DNA from: Caulobacterales bacterium
GTDB lineage: Bacteria; Pseudomonadota; Alphaproteobacteria; Caulobacterales; Caulobacteraceae
NCBI GenBank assembly: GCA_038330765.1
Contig: JBBQOK010000001.1
Location: forward strand, 1 to 37,742
Direction of reading: 5' to 3'
Length of the DNA: 37,742 bases
In this document: positions 27,992 through 36,999 of the stretch, in pieces
Numbering within the stretch: position 1 is the first letter of the stretch
Layout: each line of letters starts with the position of its first letter
Program-made: the position numbers and the translations under genes
The notes under the pieces: generated by a model
What the model was told of the DNA's origin: nothing
What the model saw: only the letters and a program-made list of their open reading frames with translations
Databases searched by the model: none

Positions 27992-30037
27992 TTGTCCAAC
28001 CCCTTGAAAGACAATCCGAACTGGTTGGCATTTCGCGACCGCGCCCTGGTTCCTGCGGGCCTGCGCCTGCGTGGTTGGCGCGACTGGGTAGTCGAGAACG
28101 ATCCGGTCTATGCGGCGGCCCGCCGGCCCGGCCCGGCCGAGAAGATCGCGGCGAGCATCACCCTGCTGCTGATCGTGGCCATCAGCCTGTTTTTGATGGT
28201 CTTTGACTGGAACCTGCTGCGAGGGCCGATCGGCCGCTGGGCGTCGGCGCGCTACGACCGCGAAATCCAGCTGAACGGCGATCTCGATATCGAGCTGTTC
28301 AGCTGGACGCCGTCGGCGCGGGTGCAGCGGCTGCGCATCGGCGGGCCGGAGTGGGCGCGCGAAGAAGATACGCTGAAGATCGAGGACCTGCGGGCTTCGG
28401 TGCGGCTGCGGTCCCTGTTCGCCGGGCGGATCGAGATGCCGGTGGTCGCCATCAACCGACCTGAAGTGGTTCTGATCTCGACCGCCGATGGCCGCAGGAG
28501 CTGGCAGCTGAACCCGGACCAGCCGGACACCGGCGACGGCATGGAGCTGCCCCTCATCAATCAGCTGCTGATCCGCGACGGCACGATCTCGCTGGACGAG
28601 CAGGGTCGCGAGATCCGGCTGCAGGCCACGATCAACGCCCGCGAGGGCTCGGACGGCAAGGCCGGCTTCCATCTGGATGGCAAGGGTACGATCAACCGCA
28701 CCCCCTTGACGCTGACGGTCAGCGGGGGTCCGTTCATCAACATCCGGCGCGACCGGCCCTACACCTTCCACGGCGAGATCGCCGGCGTGGGCACGCGACT
28801 GGTGGCGGATGGTGCCATCACCCGTCCGTTCGACCTCGGGCAGTTCAATGCGACGCTGCGGATGCAGGGGCGCGACCTCGCCGATATCTATCTGCTGACC
28901 GGCATCACCACGCCGAACACGCCACCCTACCGGCTGGCAGGCAGGCTGACGCGCGACGGTGCCAAATTCACCTTTGCTGATTTCACCGGCCGGGTGGGCT
29001 CGTCCGATCTGTCGGGCGACCTGGTGGTCGACAGGATCGGTGACCGGCGAAGGGTCGACGCCGACCTGCGCTCGCGCCTGCTCGACATCAACGACCTGAT
29101 GACGGTTCTGGGGGCAAAGCCGACGATGACAGCGGGTGGTGACACGGTGGTCACCTCCGGCGTGCCGGGTCGGCTGCTGCCTGACGCCGCGCTGAATGTC
29201 GAGCGACTGAGGGTGATGGACGGGACGCTGAAGTACCGGGCCGCGCAGGTGAAGCGGAACGAGCTGGACGTGCGCCGGGTCGAGCTCGGTGCCGACCTGA
29301 AGGGCGGGGTGCTGGATCTCAATCCGGTTGCCTTCACCTTCAACCGCGGCGAGCTGAACGGCACGGCGAAGATCGATGCAACGCAGGATCGTCCCTACAG
29401 CGCCATCGACTTCAGGCTGCGCGGCTATCCGCTGGAATCGATCATTCCGGCCCGCAACGGCTTACCGACCGTCACGGGGCGGGCGCTGGGTCGTGCGCGG
29501 CTGGAGGGGCCGGGTGCCTCGATCCATGCCTTCGCGGCCGGCTCGAAGGGGTCCGTCAGTCTTGTGGTGCCGCAGGGCGAGATGCGCGCCGCCTTCGCCG
29601 AGCTTCTGGGCATCAACGCCACGGCGGGTCTGGGCAGGCTGCTGGGCGGCGACACCTCATCGGCCGAGATCCGCTGCGCTGTGGCCGATTTCTTGGTCAG
29701 CGGTGGCGTGGCCACGGCCCGGACCTTTGTGATCGACACCACGCCGGTCCTGGCCCAAGGCAGCGGCACGATCGATTTCGAGACCGAAACCATGAACCTG
29801 AAGATCGACGGCGAGACCAAGCAGGCGCGGCTGGTGCGGCTTTGGTCGCCGATCACGGTGCAGGGTTCGCTGACCGCACCCAAGGTCGGGGTGGACGCTG
29901 GCTCGATCGCGGGACAGGCGGGGATCGCCGCGGCGCTGGGCTCACTGCTCAACCCTCTGGCGGCCCTGCTGCCGTTCGTGGACCCGGGACTGGCGGACGA
30001 CGCCAACTGCGGCGCGCTGATTTCGTCGGCGAGATGA
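27992..30037 (+). CDS. AsmA family protein (YhjG-like)
   Basis: N-terminal TM followed by DWN.LRGPI, long beta-rich body, TPPY.L.G.L, G.VGSSDLSG, IRCAVADF, GSGTIDF..ETMNL, PITVQGSL. Confidence 0.85.
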   Translation: MSNPLKDNPNWLAFRDRALVPAGLRLRGWRDWVVENDPVYAAARRPGPAEKIAASITLLLIVAISLFLMVFDWNLLRGPIGRWASARYDREIQLNGDLDIELFSWTPSARVQRLRIGGPEWAREEDTLKIEDLRASVRLRSLFAGRIEMPVVAINRPEVVLISTADGRRSWQLNPDQPDTGDGMELPLINQLLIRDGTISLDEQGREIRLQATINAREGSDGKAGFHLDGKGTINRTPLTLTVSGGPFINIRRDRPYTFHGEIAGVGTRLVADGAITRPFDLGQFNATLRMQGRDLADIYLLTGITTPNTPPYRLAGRLTRDGAKFTFADFTGRVGSSDLSGDLVVDRIGDRRRVDADLRSRLLDINDLMTVLGAKPTMTAGGDTVVTSGVPGRLLPDAALNVERLRVMDGTLKYRAAQVKRNELDVRRVELGADLKGGVLDLNPVAFTFNRGELNGTAKIDATQDRPYSAIDFRLRGYPLESIIPARNGLPTVTGRALGRARLEGPGASIHAFAAGSKGSVSLVVPQGEMRAAFAELLGINATAGLGRLLGGDTSSAEIRCAVADFLVSGGVATARTFVIDTTPVLAQGSGTIDFETETMNLKIDGETKQARLVRLWSPITVQGSLTAPKVGVDAGSIAGQAGIAAALGSLLNPLAALLPFVDPGLADDANCGALISSAR

Positions 30038-30960
30038 TTGAGCCGTACGGCCCGTTCATGCGTATCTTGAGCCCTGTCCGCCGGATTCGAGACCTGATGA
30101 CCCGTAGAGGATTCCTGGTGCCCGCCGCCGCCGCTTTCGCCGCCGCCTGCTCGCCGCTGGGGGCGTTGAACGCGCTCGGCCCGCGCGACCGTGGCGCGCG
30201 TCGGGTGGCGAGCGGCATCTCATACGGCGACGATCCGAGACAGAAGATGGATCTGCTGGCGCCGACCTCGGCGATGGATCGCCCTTGGCCGGTGCTGGTC
30301 TTCTTTTACGGCGGCGGCTGGGATTCAGGTTCGCGGGGCCAGTATGGCTGGGCCGCCCACGCACTGGCGGCGCGCGGCTTCGTCGTTGTGGTGCCGGACT
30401 ATCGGGTCGTACCGCAGGTGCGGTTTCCGGCCTTCATAGAGGACGCCGCCGCGGCGACCGCCCGTGCCGCGGAGATCGCTGGTCAGTATGGCGGGGATCC
30501 GGATCGCCTCGGGGTCGTGGGTCATTCCGCCGGTGCCCATCTGGCCATGATGATCGCTCTGGACCGCCGCTATATGGCCGCAGCGGGCGCGCCGGGGCTG
30601 ATCAAGGCGGCGGCTGGACTGGCCGGGCCCTATGACTTCCTGCCGTTCGACGTTCCGTCCTCGGTCAACGCCTTTGGACGAGCACCCGATCCGACCCTGA
30701 CCCAGCCCGTGACCTTTGCCCGCGCCGATGCCCCGCCGCTTTGGCTGGGCCACGGGACCGCCGACGAGGTCGTGCACGCCGAGGACACCACCATCCTGTG
30801 CGACCGGATGGGCGAAGTCGGCGGGCGCTGCGAGGCGAAACTCTATCCAGGCCTGAACCACGCCGACCTGATCGCGACCTTCTCGCCCCTGTTCCGCAAG
30901 AAGGCACCTGTGCTGGAGGACGTGACGGCCTTCCTCCAGCGGGAGCTTGCGCAAGCGTAG
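30034..30960 (+). CDS. Alpha/beta hydrolase (esterase, HSL/BD-FAE-like), probable Tat-type lipoprotein
   Basis: FFYGGGW oxyanion motif, PDYR, GHSAG, HGTADEVV, NH. TRRGFL...AAAC signal. Start is 30034 (ATGA coupling to asmA) or 30097. Confidence 0.85.
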   Translation: MIEPYGPFMRILSPVRRIRDLMTRRGFLVPAAAAFAAACSPLGALNALGPRDRGARRVASGISYGDDPRQKMDLLAPTSAMDRPWPVLVFFYGGGWDSGSRGQYGWAAHALAARGFVVVVPDYRVVPQVRFPAFIEDAAAATARAAEIAGQYGGDPDRLGVVGHSAGAHLAMMIALDRRYMAAAGAPGLIKAAAGLAGPYDFLPFDVPSSVNAFGRAPDPTLTQPVTFARADAPPLWLGHGTADEVVHAEDTTILCDRMGEVGGRCEAKLYPGLNHADLIATFSPLFRKKAPVLEDVTAFLQRELAQA

Positions 30961-30996
30961 CCTCGCCATTGTCATCATCTTCCGTTATCGGAGGCC

Positions 30997-32454
30997 ATGA
31001 CAGACATGAACACATCGGCCCTTAGCGGCCCGGCGGCTCTGGACCGCCTCGAAGCCCTCTACAATCAAGCCGTGACCAATCTGCGCGACGCGGTGCGGAC
31101 TTTTCTGGCGACCGGCGAGCGGCCGGACCCCGAGGCGCGCGCCCGGGGCCTGTTCTCCTATCCCCAGTTGCGGGTCAGCTGGTTCGGCGATCGTCCCGCC
31201 AATCTGGCCAGTCGCGCCTACGCCCGTCTGTCGCGGCCCGGCGTCTATTCGACCACCATCACCCGGCCGGACCTGTTCCGCCCCTATCTGACCGAGCAGC
31301 TGGGGCTGCTGGAGCAGGACTATGGCGCGACCTTCGACGTGCGGCCGTCGGAGCAGGAGATACCCTTCCCCTATGTGATGGACGGATCGGACGTGGCCCT
31401 GGACCGCAGCCAGACCGCCGCAGTGGCCCGCTACTTCCCGACCACCGACCTGGCTCATATCGGCGACGAGATCTCCGACGGCCTGTTCAATCTTGGCGAG
31501 GACTTTCCGCTGGCCCAGTTCGACGGCCTGCGCACCGACTTCTCGCTGGCCCGGTTGCGCCACTACACCGGCACGCCGGTCGAGGACGTGCAGTCCTATA
31601 TTTTGTTCACGAATTACAATCGGTACGTCGACGAGTTCGTACGCTGGGCCTGCGCCCAGCTGGCCGATCCGGACAGTCCCTACGAGACCTTGTCCTGCGC
31701 CGGCGGGGTGATCATTACCCGCGACACGCCCAACCCCGAGCAGGCGGTGATGGACGCGGCCTGGAAGAAGCACCAGATGCCGGCCTATCACCTGACCGCG
31801 CCGGGCTGGAACGGCATCACCCTGGTCAACATCGGCGTCGGCCCCTCCAACGCCAAGACCATCTGCGACCACCTTGCCGTCACCCGGCCCCACGCCTGGA
31901 TGATGATCGGCCACTGCGGCGGGCTGCGCGACAGCCAGGTTATCGGCGACTATGTGCTGGCCCACGCCTATCTGCGCGACGACCATGTGCTGGACGCGGT
32001 GCTGCCGCCGGACATCCCGATCCCGTCGATCGCCGAGGTCCAGCGGGCATTGTACGACGCCGCCAAGACGGTCTCCGGCGCGCCGGGCGAGGAGGTAAAG
32101 CGCCGGCTGCGGACCGGCACGGTGGTCACCACCGACGACCGCAATTGGGAGCTGCGATATTCCAAATCGGCCCAGCGCTTCAACCAGAGCCGGGCAGTGG
32201 CCATCGACATGGAAAGCGCCACCATCGCCGCCCAAGGCTACCGCTTCCGGGTGCCTTACGGGACGCTGCTTTGCGTATCGGATCGTCCGTTGCACGGCGA
32301 GATCAAGTTGCCGGGACAGGCCAACCGCTTCTACGAAGGCTCGATCTCGGAGCATCTGCAGATCGGCATCCAGGCCGTCGACCTGCTGCGGGCCGAGGGC
32401 AGCCGCCTGCACTCGCGCAAGCTGCGAGCCTTTGACGAGCCGCCGTTCCGGTAG
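30997..32454 (+). CDS. amn: AMP nucleosidase
   Basis: YSTTITRPDLF, SLARLRHYTGT, LFTNY, QMPAYHL, NIGVGPSNAKTICDH, GHCGGLR, DMESATIAAQGYRFRVPYGTLLCVSD. GGAGG RBS. Confidence 0.96.
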   Translation: MTDMNTSALSGPAALDRLEALYNQAVTNLRDAVRTFLATGERPDPEARARGLFSYPQLRVSWFGDRPANLASRAYARLSRPGVYSTTITRPDLFRPYLTEQLGLLEQDYGATFDVRPSEQEIPFPYVMDGSDVALDRSQTAAVARYFPTTDLAHIGDEISDGLFNLGEDFPLAQFDGLRTDFSLARLRHYTGTPVEDVQSYILFTNYNRYVDEFVRWACAQLADPDSPYETLSCAGGVIITRDTPNPEQAVMDAAWKKHQMPAYHLTAPGWNGITLVNIGVGPSNAKTICDHLAVTRPHAWMMIGHCGGLRDSQVIGDYVLAHAYLRDDHVLDAVLPPDIPIPSIAEVQRALYDAAKTVSGAPGEEVKRRLRTGTVVTTDDRNWELRYSKSAQRFNQSRAVAIDMESATIAAQGYRFRVPYGTLLCVSDRPLHGEIKLPGQANRFYEGSISEHLQIGIQAVDLLRAEGSRLHSRKLRAFDEPPFR

Positions 32455-32460
32455 GGACCA

Positions 32461-32497
32461 GCCGCCCCCTCGCCACCGCGAAGGGGACGGCATTTCT
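32461..32497. terminator. Probable intrinsic terminator after amn
   Basis: Imperfect GC stem GCCGCCCCCTCG...CGAAGGGGACGGC followed by ATTTCTT, between convergent genes. Confidence 0.55.
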
Positions 32498-32653
32498 TCA
32501 GTCTGGCGTTTTCTTCTTGTCGCCGAACGCTTCCTTGACCTCACCCTCGGTGATCCGTTTCGACGGATCGCCCTTCTGGTTCAGGTTCTGCTCTTCAGTG
32601 CCGTCGCCCATCATGCCGGGATGCGGGTCGGTCTTCTTGGGGTCGTCGCTCAT
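32498..32653 (-). CDS. 51-aa small hydrophilic protein (not in the ORF track)
   Basis: AAGGAGA RBS, then ATG 32653: MSDDPKKTDPHPGMMGDGTEEQNLNQKGDPSKRITEGEVKEAFGDKKKTPD*. GC3-rich codons. Ends at the terminator hairpin. Confidence 0.75.
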   Translation of the reverse strand: MSDDPKKTDPHPGMMGDGTEEQNLNQKGDPSKRITEGEVKEAFGDKKKTPD

Positions 32654-32708
32654 GGCGAGGTCTCCTTTTCCACCTTGGCGTAAAGCCCGGGAGACGGAGG
32701 CCGTTCCG

Positions 32709-33212
32709 CTATTTCTTCAGCCGTTTCGCATTGGCGACGGCGGCGGCGTGGATCGGACGAAGGGCCTCGGCCTGGCCCTTCAGCATCGCGCTGTTCAGGG
32801 TCAGCATCTGGCCGGCCGCGCGGTTCCACCAGCCGACGGCATAGCTGTACTGTGCCTGCATGGCCGCGGCGGGAGTCGAGGCGGAGGCGATGGAGGTGGC
32901 GGCCCTGGACGCCAGTCCGGCCTCCGCCATGACGCCGGAGCCGACGCGGCCCCCGATGTCACCGAAGGTCTTCGCCATGGCCGAGGCCGAGGCCGACAGG
33001 GCCTCGACCTTTTCCGTGCTCATCAGCGACAATTCCTTCAGGTCGACCTTGCGCGGATCGGCCATGCCGGCGGCCATGATCTCCAGCCGGGCGTTGATGA
33101 CGTCGCCGGAGGCCTGCAGCATCTCGCCGCCGGACAGAGCGGTGTTGGCGGCCCGGGCACCGTCGCGCGTCAAGCGGCGGCCGGTCTTGATGGCTTTGTC
33201 GAACTGGGTCAT
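32709..33212 (-). CDS. Phasin-like (PHA granule-associated, PhaP6-like) protein
   Basis: Ala-rich helical protein with VI.ARL, ELSLMSTEK..A and the C-terminal PIHAAAVANAKRL motif. Confidence 0.7.
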   Translation of the reverse strand: MTQFDKAIKTGRRLTRDGARAANTALSGGEMLQASGDVINARLEIMAAGMADPRKVDLKELSLMSTEKVEALSASASAMAKTFGDIGGRVGSGVMAEAGLASRAATSIASASTPAAAMQAQYSYAVGWWNRAAGQMLTLNSAMLKGQAEALRPIHAAAVANAKRLKK

Positions 33213-33221
33213 GCGGCCAGC

Positions 33222-33339
33222 CTAGACCATTTTTGTTTCAGGTCGAAACGGCCTGAATCCAAAAAAATGGTCCAGAATCAAAGCAGAGCGAAATCTGAGC
33301 CTTGATGGACTGCGTCGATCAAGGCCGTTTTCGCTCTGC
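33222..33339. repeat. CIR/RIME-like intergenic element: two long hairpins joined by a GANTC linker
   Basis: Arm 1: CTAGACCATTTTT..TTCAGGTCG-AAA-CGGCCTGAA..AAAAATGGTCCAG. Linker GAATC at 33275-33279. Arm 2: GCAGAGCGAAA..GCCTTGAT..ATCAAGGC..TTTCGCTCTGC. About 118 bp. Confidence 0.7.
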
Positions 33340-33347
33340 GGCCGCAA

Positions 33348-34103
33348 TCACGTCACGGGCAAGACCTCGTCGGCGAAGTCCGCCAGGTCCTTCAGTAGCG
33401 CGGGAACGGCGGCGTCGATGATCTCCTGTCCCTTCTTCGGGCTGGCCTGCAATGGATCGGAGCCGATGCGGCCGTCGGGGAAGCGCGCGCGGTAGTCCAG
33501 CGCGTCGCGGATCGGCCCGACCGGCGCGATCTTCGGGCTCAGATCGGCGGTCTTGATCCGGTCCGGATAGGCGGCCTGGGTCACGGCAATTTCGGACGGG
33601 GTGGCGTGCATGCCGTGGCCGGTCGGGAACATCCGGTTGCACAGGCCCATGACGCCGGGCAGGTCCCACCAGTTGCGCAGCTTCAGCACAAAGGGCGGCT
33701 GTTCCTCGACGAAGCTCCATTCGGCGTAGATCTCGGCGAAGGTCGCTTCGATGGTCGCGACGTTGCCGCCGTGGCCGTTGAGGAAATAGATCCGCTCGAA
33801 GCCATGCCGGCTCAGCGACGACACCCAGTCGGTGATGGCCGCCATGAAGGTCGAGGGCCGCAGGGAGATAGTGCCCGCGAAGGCCAGATGATGCTGGGCC
33901 ATGCCGATGTTGAAAGTCGGGGCGACGATCAGGCTTTCATCCCGGGCCTCGGCGGCGTGAGCGATGATCTCCGGACACATCCAGTCGGTGCCCAGCAGGC
34001 CGGTCGGCCCGTGCTGTTCGTTGGAGCCGATCGGCACCACGACGGTCTTTGAGGTCTTCAGCCGAGCGTCGATTTCGGGCCAGGACGACAGGTGGATCAG
34101 CAT
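33348..34103 (-). CDS. Creatininase/creatinine amidohydrolase family protein
   Basis: PIGSNEQHGP...GTD, HH.AFAGTISL, NGHGGN, HA..SE metal-binding motifs. Confidence 0.9.
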   Translation of the reverse strand: MLIHLSSWPEIDARLKTSKTVVVPIGSNEQHGPTGLLGTDWMCPEIIAHAAEARDESLIVAPTFNIGMAQHHLAFAGTISLRPSTFMAAITDWVSSLSRHGFERIYFLNGHGGNVATIEATFAEIYAEWSFVEEQPPFVLKLRNWWDLPGVMGLCNRMFPTGHGMHATPSEIAVTQAAYPDRIKTADLSPKIAPVGPIRDALDYRARFPDGRIGSDPLQASPKKGQEIIDAAVPALLKDLADFADEVLPVT

Positions 34104-34216
34104 GGGCGGACTCCGTAGCGACTTGAGCGCGGTCTAGGCCGATTGGTGCCCAGGGCCAACCGTGGCCGTTTACGGCTCGCCCTTGACCGGGCTCCGCCAC
34201 CCGGCGACGAGAGCGG

Positions 34217-34954
34217 ATGAAGCCACCCAAGGCCCGCCTTCAGTCCGCGTCCAAACGGCCCGCCGTCATGACCGGTGCAATGGTCCCTGTGCTGGGCTGG
34301 CCGCCAGACCAGGACCGGGTCGAGGCGATCTTCGAGCGGCTGTCGCGGGTCATGCCCGATCCGAAAACCGAGTTGATTTTCTCCAGCCCGTTCACCCTGG
34401 TCGTCGCCGTCGCCCTCTCGGCCCAGGCCACGGACGTCTCGGTCAACAAGGCGACCGACCGTCTGTTCGCCGTCGCCGACACCCCGACGAAGATGCTGGT
34501 GCTGGGCGAGGCGGGGTTGATCCCCTTCATCGCCTCGATCGGCCTGTATCGCGGCAAGGCGCGCAACGTCATCGCCCTGAGCCGCATCGTGCTGGAACAG
34601 CACGGCGGCGAGGTGCCCCTGACCCGCGAGGCACTGCAGGCCCTGCCCGGCGTCGGTCGCAAGACGGCCAGCGTGGTGCTCAACGAACTGGGGATCGAGG
34701 CCGCCATCGCGGTCGACACCCACGTCTTCCGCGTCTCGCACCGGCTGGGTCTGGCCAATGCGGGGACGCCCGACAAGGTTGAGGCCCAGCTGTTCCGCGT
34801 CGTGCCCGAGGACTTTCTGCCCAAGGCCCACCACTGGCTGATCCTGCACGGCCGCTACACCTGCACGGCGCGCAAGCCGAAATGCAGCGCCTGCATGATC
34901 AGCGACCTGTGCCCGTCGCGGGCCGGGCTTCAAGCGCTGGGACAGCCGGACTAG
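34217..34954 (+). CDS. nth: Endonuclease III
   Basis: LSAQATDVSVN, IGLYRGKA, LPGVGRKTA (HhH), AVDTHVFRV, LILHGRYTCTARKPKCSACMISDLC (4Fe-4S). Confidence 0.96.
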   Translation: MKPPKARLQSASKRPAVMTGAMVPVLGWPPDQDRVEAIFERLSRVMPDPKTELIFSSPFTLVVAVALSAQATDVSVNKATDRLFAVADTPTKMLVLGEAGLIPFIASIGLYRGKARNVIALSRIVLEQHGGEVPLTREALQALPGVGRKTASVVLNELGIEAAIAVDTHVFRVSHRLGLANAGTPDKVEAQLFRVVPEDFLPKAHHWLILHGRYTCTARKPKCSACMISDLCPSRAGLQALGQPD

Positions 34955-35820
34955 AGCCGCGCCTTCGCCGCCTCAGCGAACCGCCGCCCGCCCTCCGGTG
35001 CCGAGCCCAGATAGAAGTCGGGCTCGATCAACTCCGCCTCCATCAGCAGCCAGCCGCCGCCGGCGCCCTGCGCCATGTCGATGCGGGCGTAGAGCAGGTC
35101 CTCGTCGATGGCGGCGAGCGTCCGTTCGGCCAGCGCCAGCGCCCCGGCGGGCGGTTCGGCCAGGGCCGCGTACTGGCCGCCGAACTGGACCTGGATGCGG
35201 AACTCGCCCGCGACCGGCCGCTTGCTCACGACGTGACTGAGCCTGCCGCCGAAGAACAGCAGGGAGGTCTCGCCCTCGCTCTCGATGGTCGGCAGATAGG
35301 GCTGGATCATCGCCGGCCCCTCGGGGGCGCCGTCCATCCGCTCGCCGCGCGACAGGCGCAGCGTCTTGTACGCCCCGCCCGAGACGCGCGGCTTGACCAC
35401 GATCCGGTCCGTCCCGAACCGATCGAAGGCGGCGTCCGCATCGGCCTGGGTGACGCCGTCGGCCCAGACCGTCGGCGGAATGGCGATGCCTTTTTCCGCC
35501 AGCCGGCCCAGATAGGATTTGTCGGAATTCCAGCCGATGACTTCGGCCGGGTTTAGCATCCGAACGCCCGCCCTCGTCCATGTCTCGCAGGCCTGCATCC
35601 AGCGACCATGGCTGCGGTGATAGCCCCAGACGATTAGCGGCAGGACGAGGGGATAGCTGGTCAGGCCAGAGGCGTTCTCAACATGCTCGGTCCACGGCGT
35701 CGGCTCGACGGTGATCCCGGCCCCGATGAGGGCGTCGGCCAGCCGCTCCAGCACTCCGGGCCACTGGCCCGCGTACGAGGAGTCGGCCGGGTCGGGCGTC
35801 AGGACGGCAATGCGGGTCAT
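34951..35820 (-). CDS. ATP-grasp domain protein (glutathione synthetase/RimK-like)
   Basis: WNSDKSYL, VVKPRVSGGA, MIQPYL...GETS, FRIQ..FGG, LYARID, LMEAELIEP. Confidence 0.85.
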   Translation of the reverse strand: MTRIAVLTPDPADSSYAGQWPGVLERLADALIGAGITVEPTPWTEHVENASGLTSYPLVLPLIVWGYHRSHGRWMQACETWTRAGVRMLNPAEVIGWNSDKSYLGRLAEKGIAIPPTVWADGVTQADADAAFDRFGTDRIVVKPRVSGGAYKTLRLSRGERMDGAPEGPAMIQPYLPTIESEGETSLLFFGGRLSHVVSKRPVAGEFRIQVQFGGQYAALAEPPAGALALAERTLAAIDEDLLYARIDMAQGAGGGWLLMEAELIEPDFYLGSAPEGGRRFAEAAKARL

Positions 35821-35848
35821 GACCGCTCTATAGCCAAGCTCTGCAAAC

Positions 35849-35868
35849 GCATAAAGACATCCTTATAT
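35849..35868. promoter_or_regulatory. SahR-like operator palindrome upstream of adenosine kinase
   Basis: GCATAAAGACATCCTTATAT is an AT-rich imperfect palindrome. It resembles my recollection of the alphaproteobacterial SahR motif (ATAAAGA-NN-TCTTTAT). Confidence 0.6.
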
Positions 35869-35913
35869 GTTTTTTCGTGACGGACCGGGCCGGGTCCGGT
35901 AAACGCCGCGCCC

Positions 35914-36933
35914 ATGACCCAAAGCCCCACCTATGACGTCTGCGCCGTCGGCAACGCCATCGTTGACGTGCTCGCCCCCTGCGAGGCCGCCTTTATCGAT
36001 GCGCAGGGCCTGACCGCCGGCTCTCTGCAGCTGGTCGACGCCCAACTAAGCGCCGCTCTCTACGCCGCCATGGCCGCGGGGGTCGAGGCCTCGGGTGGCT
36101 CAGCGGGCAACACCGTCGCCGGCGTGGGCTCCTTCGGTGGCCGCGCGGCCTATATAGGCAAGGTCGCCGACGACATGCTGGGCGGCGTCTTCAGCCACGA
36201 CATCCACGCCGTCGGCGTCCATTTCGAGACCCCGCCGCTCAAGGACGGCGCCGCCTTCGGCCTCGCCACCGGCGTATGCATGATCAATGTCACCCCCGAC
36301 GGCCAGCGCACCATGTGCACCTATCTCGGCGCTGCCAACCAGCTTCAGGCCGCCGACATCGACGCCGAACTGATCGGCGCCTCGGCCATCGTCTATCTGG
36401 AAGGCTATCTGTTCGATCCGGCCCCGGCCCGCGCCGCCTTCGAGGCCGCCGCCGCCGCCGCCCACGCCGCCGGACGCAAGGTCGCCATCACCCTGTCCGA
36501 CACCTTCGTCGTCGCACGCTGGCGCGCCGAGCTGCTGGCCTTCATCGAGGCGTCGGCCGACATCGTCCTGGCCAATGAAGGCGAACTGGCCGCCCTGTTC
36601 GAGACAGACGATTTCGACGCCGCCGCCGCCCGGCTGGCGTCCATGGTTGACGTGGCCGCCATCACCCGTGGCGAAGCCGGCTCGGTGGTCGTCAGCGGCG
36701 ACCAGCGCGTCGAGATCGCCGCCGTCCCGGTCGGCAAGGTGGTCGATACCACCGGAGCCGGCGACCAGTACGCCGCCGGCTTCCTGCTCGGCCTCGCCCG
36801 CGGCCTGTCGCTCGAAGACGCCGGCAAGCTCGGCTCCCTGGCAGCCGCCGAAGTCATCGCCCACTGGGGCCCGCGGCCGATGGTGTCGCTGGAGGGGCTT
36901 GCGGAGGGGGCGGGGCTGACGCTGACGACCTGA
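35914..36933 (+). CDS. Adenosine kinase (PfkB family carbohydrate kinase)
   Basis: GNAIVDV, SGGSAGNT, GKVADD..G, PDGQRTMCTYLGA, YLEGYLFD, ANEGE, VDTTGAGDQYAAGFL. Confidence 0.9.
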   Translation: MTQSPTYDVCAVGNAIVDVLAPCEAAFIDAQGLTAGSLQLVDAQLSAALYAAMAAGVEASGGSAGNTVAGVGSFGGRAAYIGKVADDMLGGVFSHDIHAVGVHFETPPLKDGAAFGLATGVCMINVTPDGQRTMCTYLGAANQLQAADIDAELIGASAIVYLEGYLFDPAPARAAFEAAAAAAHAAGRKVAITLSDTFVVARWRAELLAFIEASADIVLANEGELAALFETDDFDAAAARLASMVDVAAITRGEAGSVVVSGDQRVEIAAVPVGKVVDTTGAGDQYAAGFLLGLARGLSLEDAGKLGSLAAAEVIAHWGPRPMVSLEGLAEGAGLTLTT

Positions 36934-36999
36934 TCGCGCAACTTCGATTCACCCTGTCGGTTGAAGAGTTGCTAGCCAGACGGGTCCAGACTTCAGCGC

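Noticed and set aside
32432-33305. + strand ORFs 32432-32683 and 32517-33305
   Set aside because: They overlap the better-supported minus-strand 51-aa gene and phasin and have no recognisable motifs.
33336-33347. CTGCGGCCGCAA as a PhaR operator for the phasin
   Set aside because: A short GC-rich palindrome expected by chance in this DNA. It overlaps the end of the double-hairpin element and is about 125 bp from the start codon.
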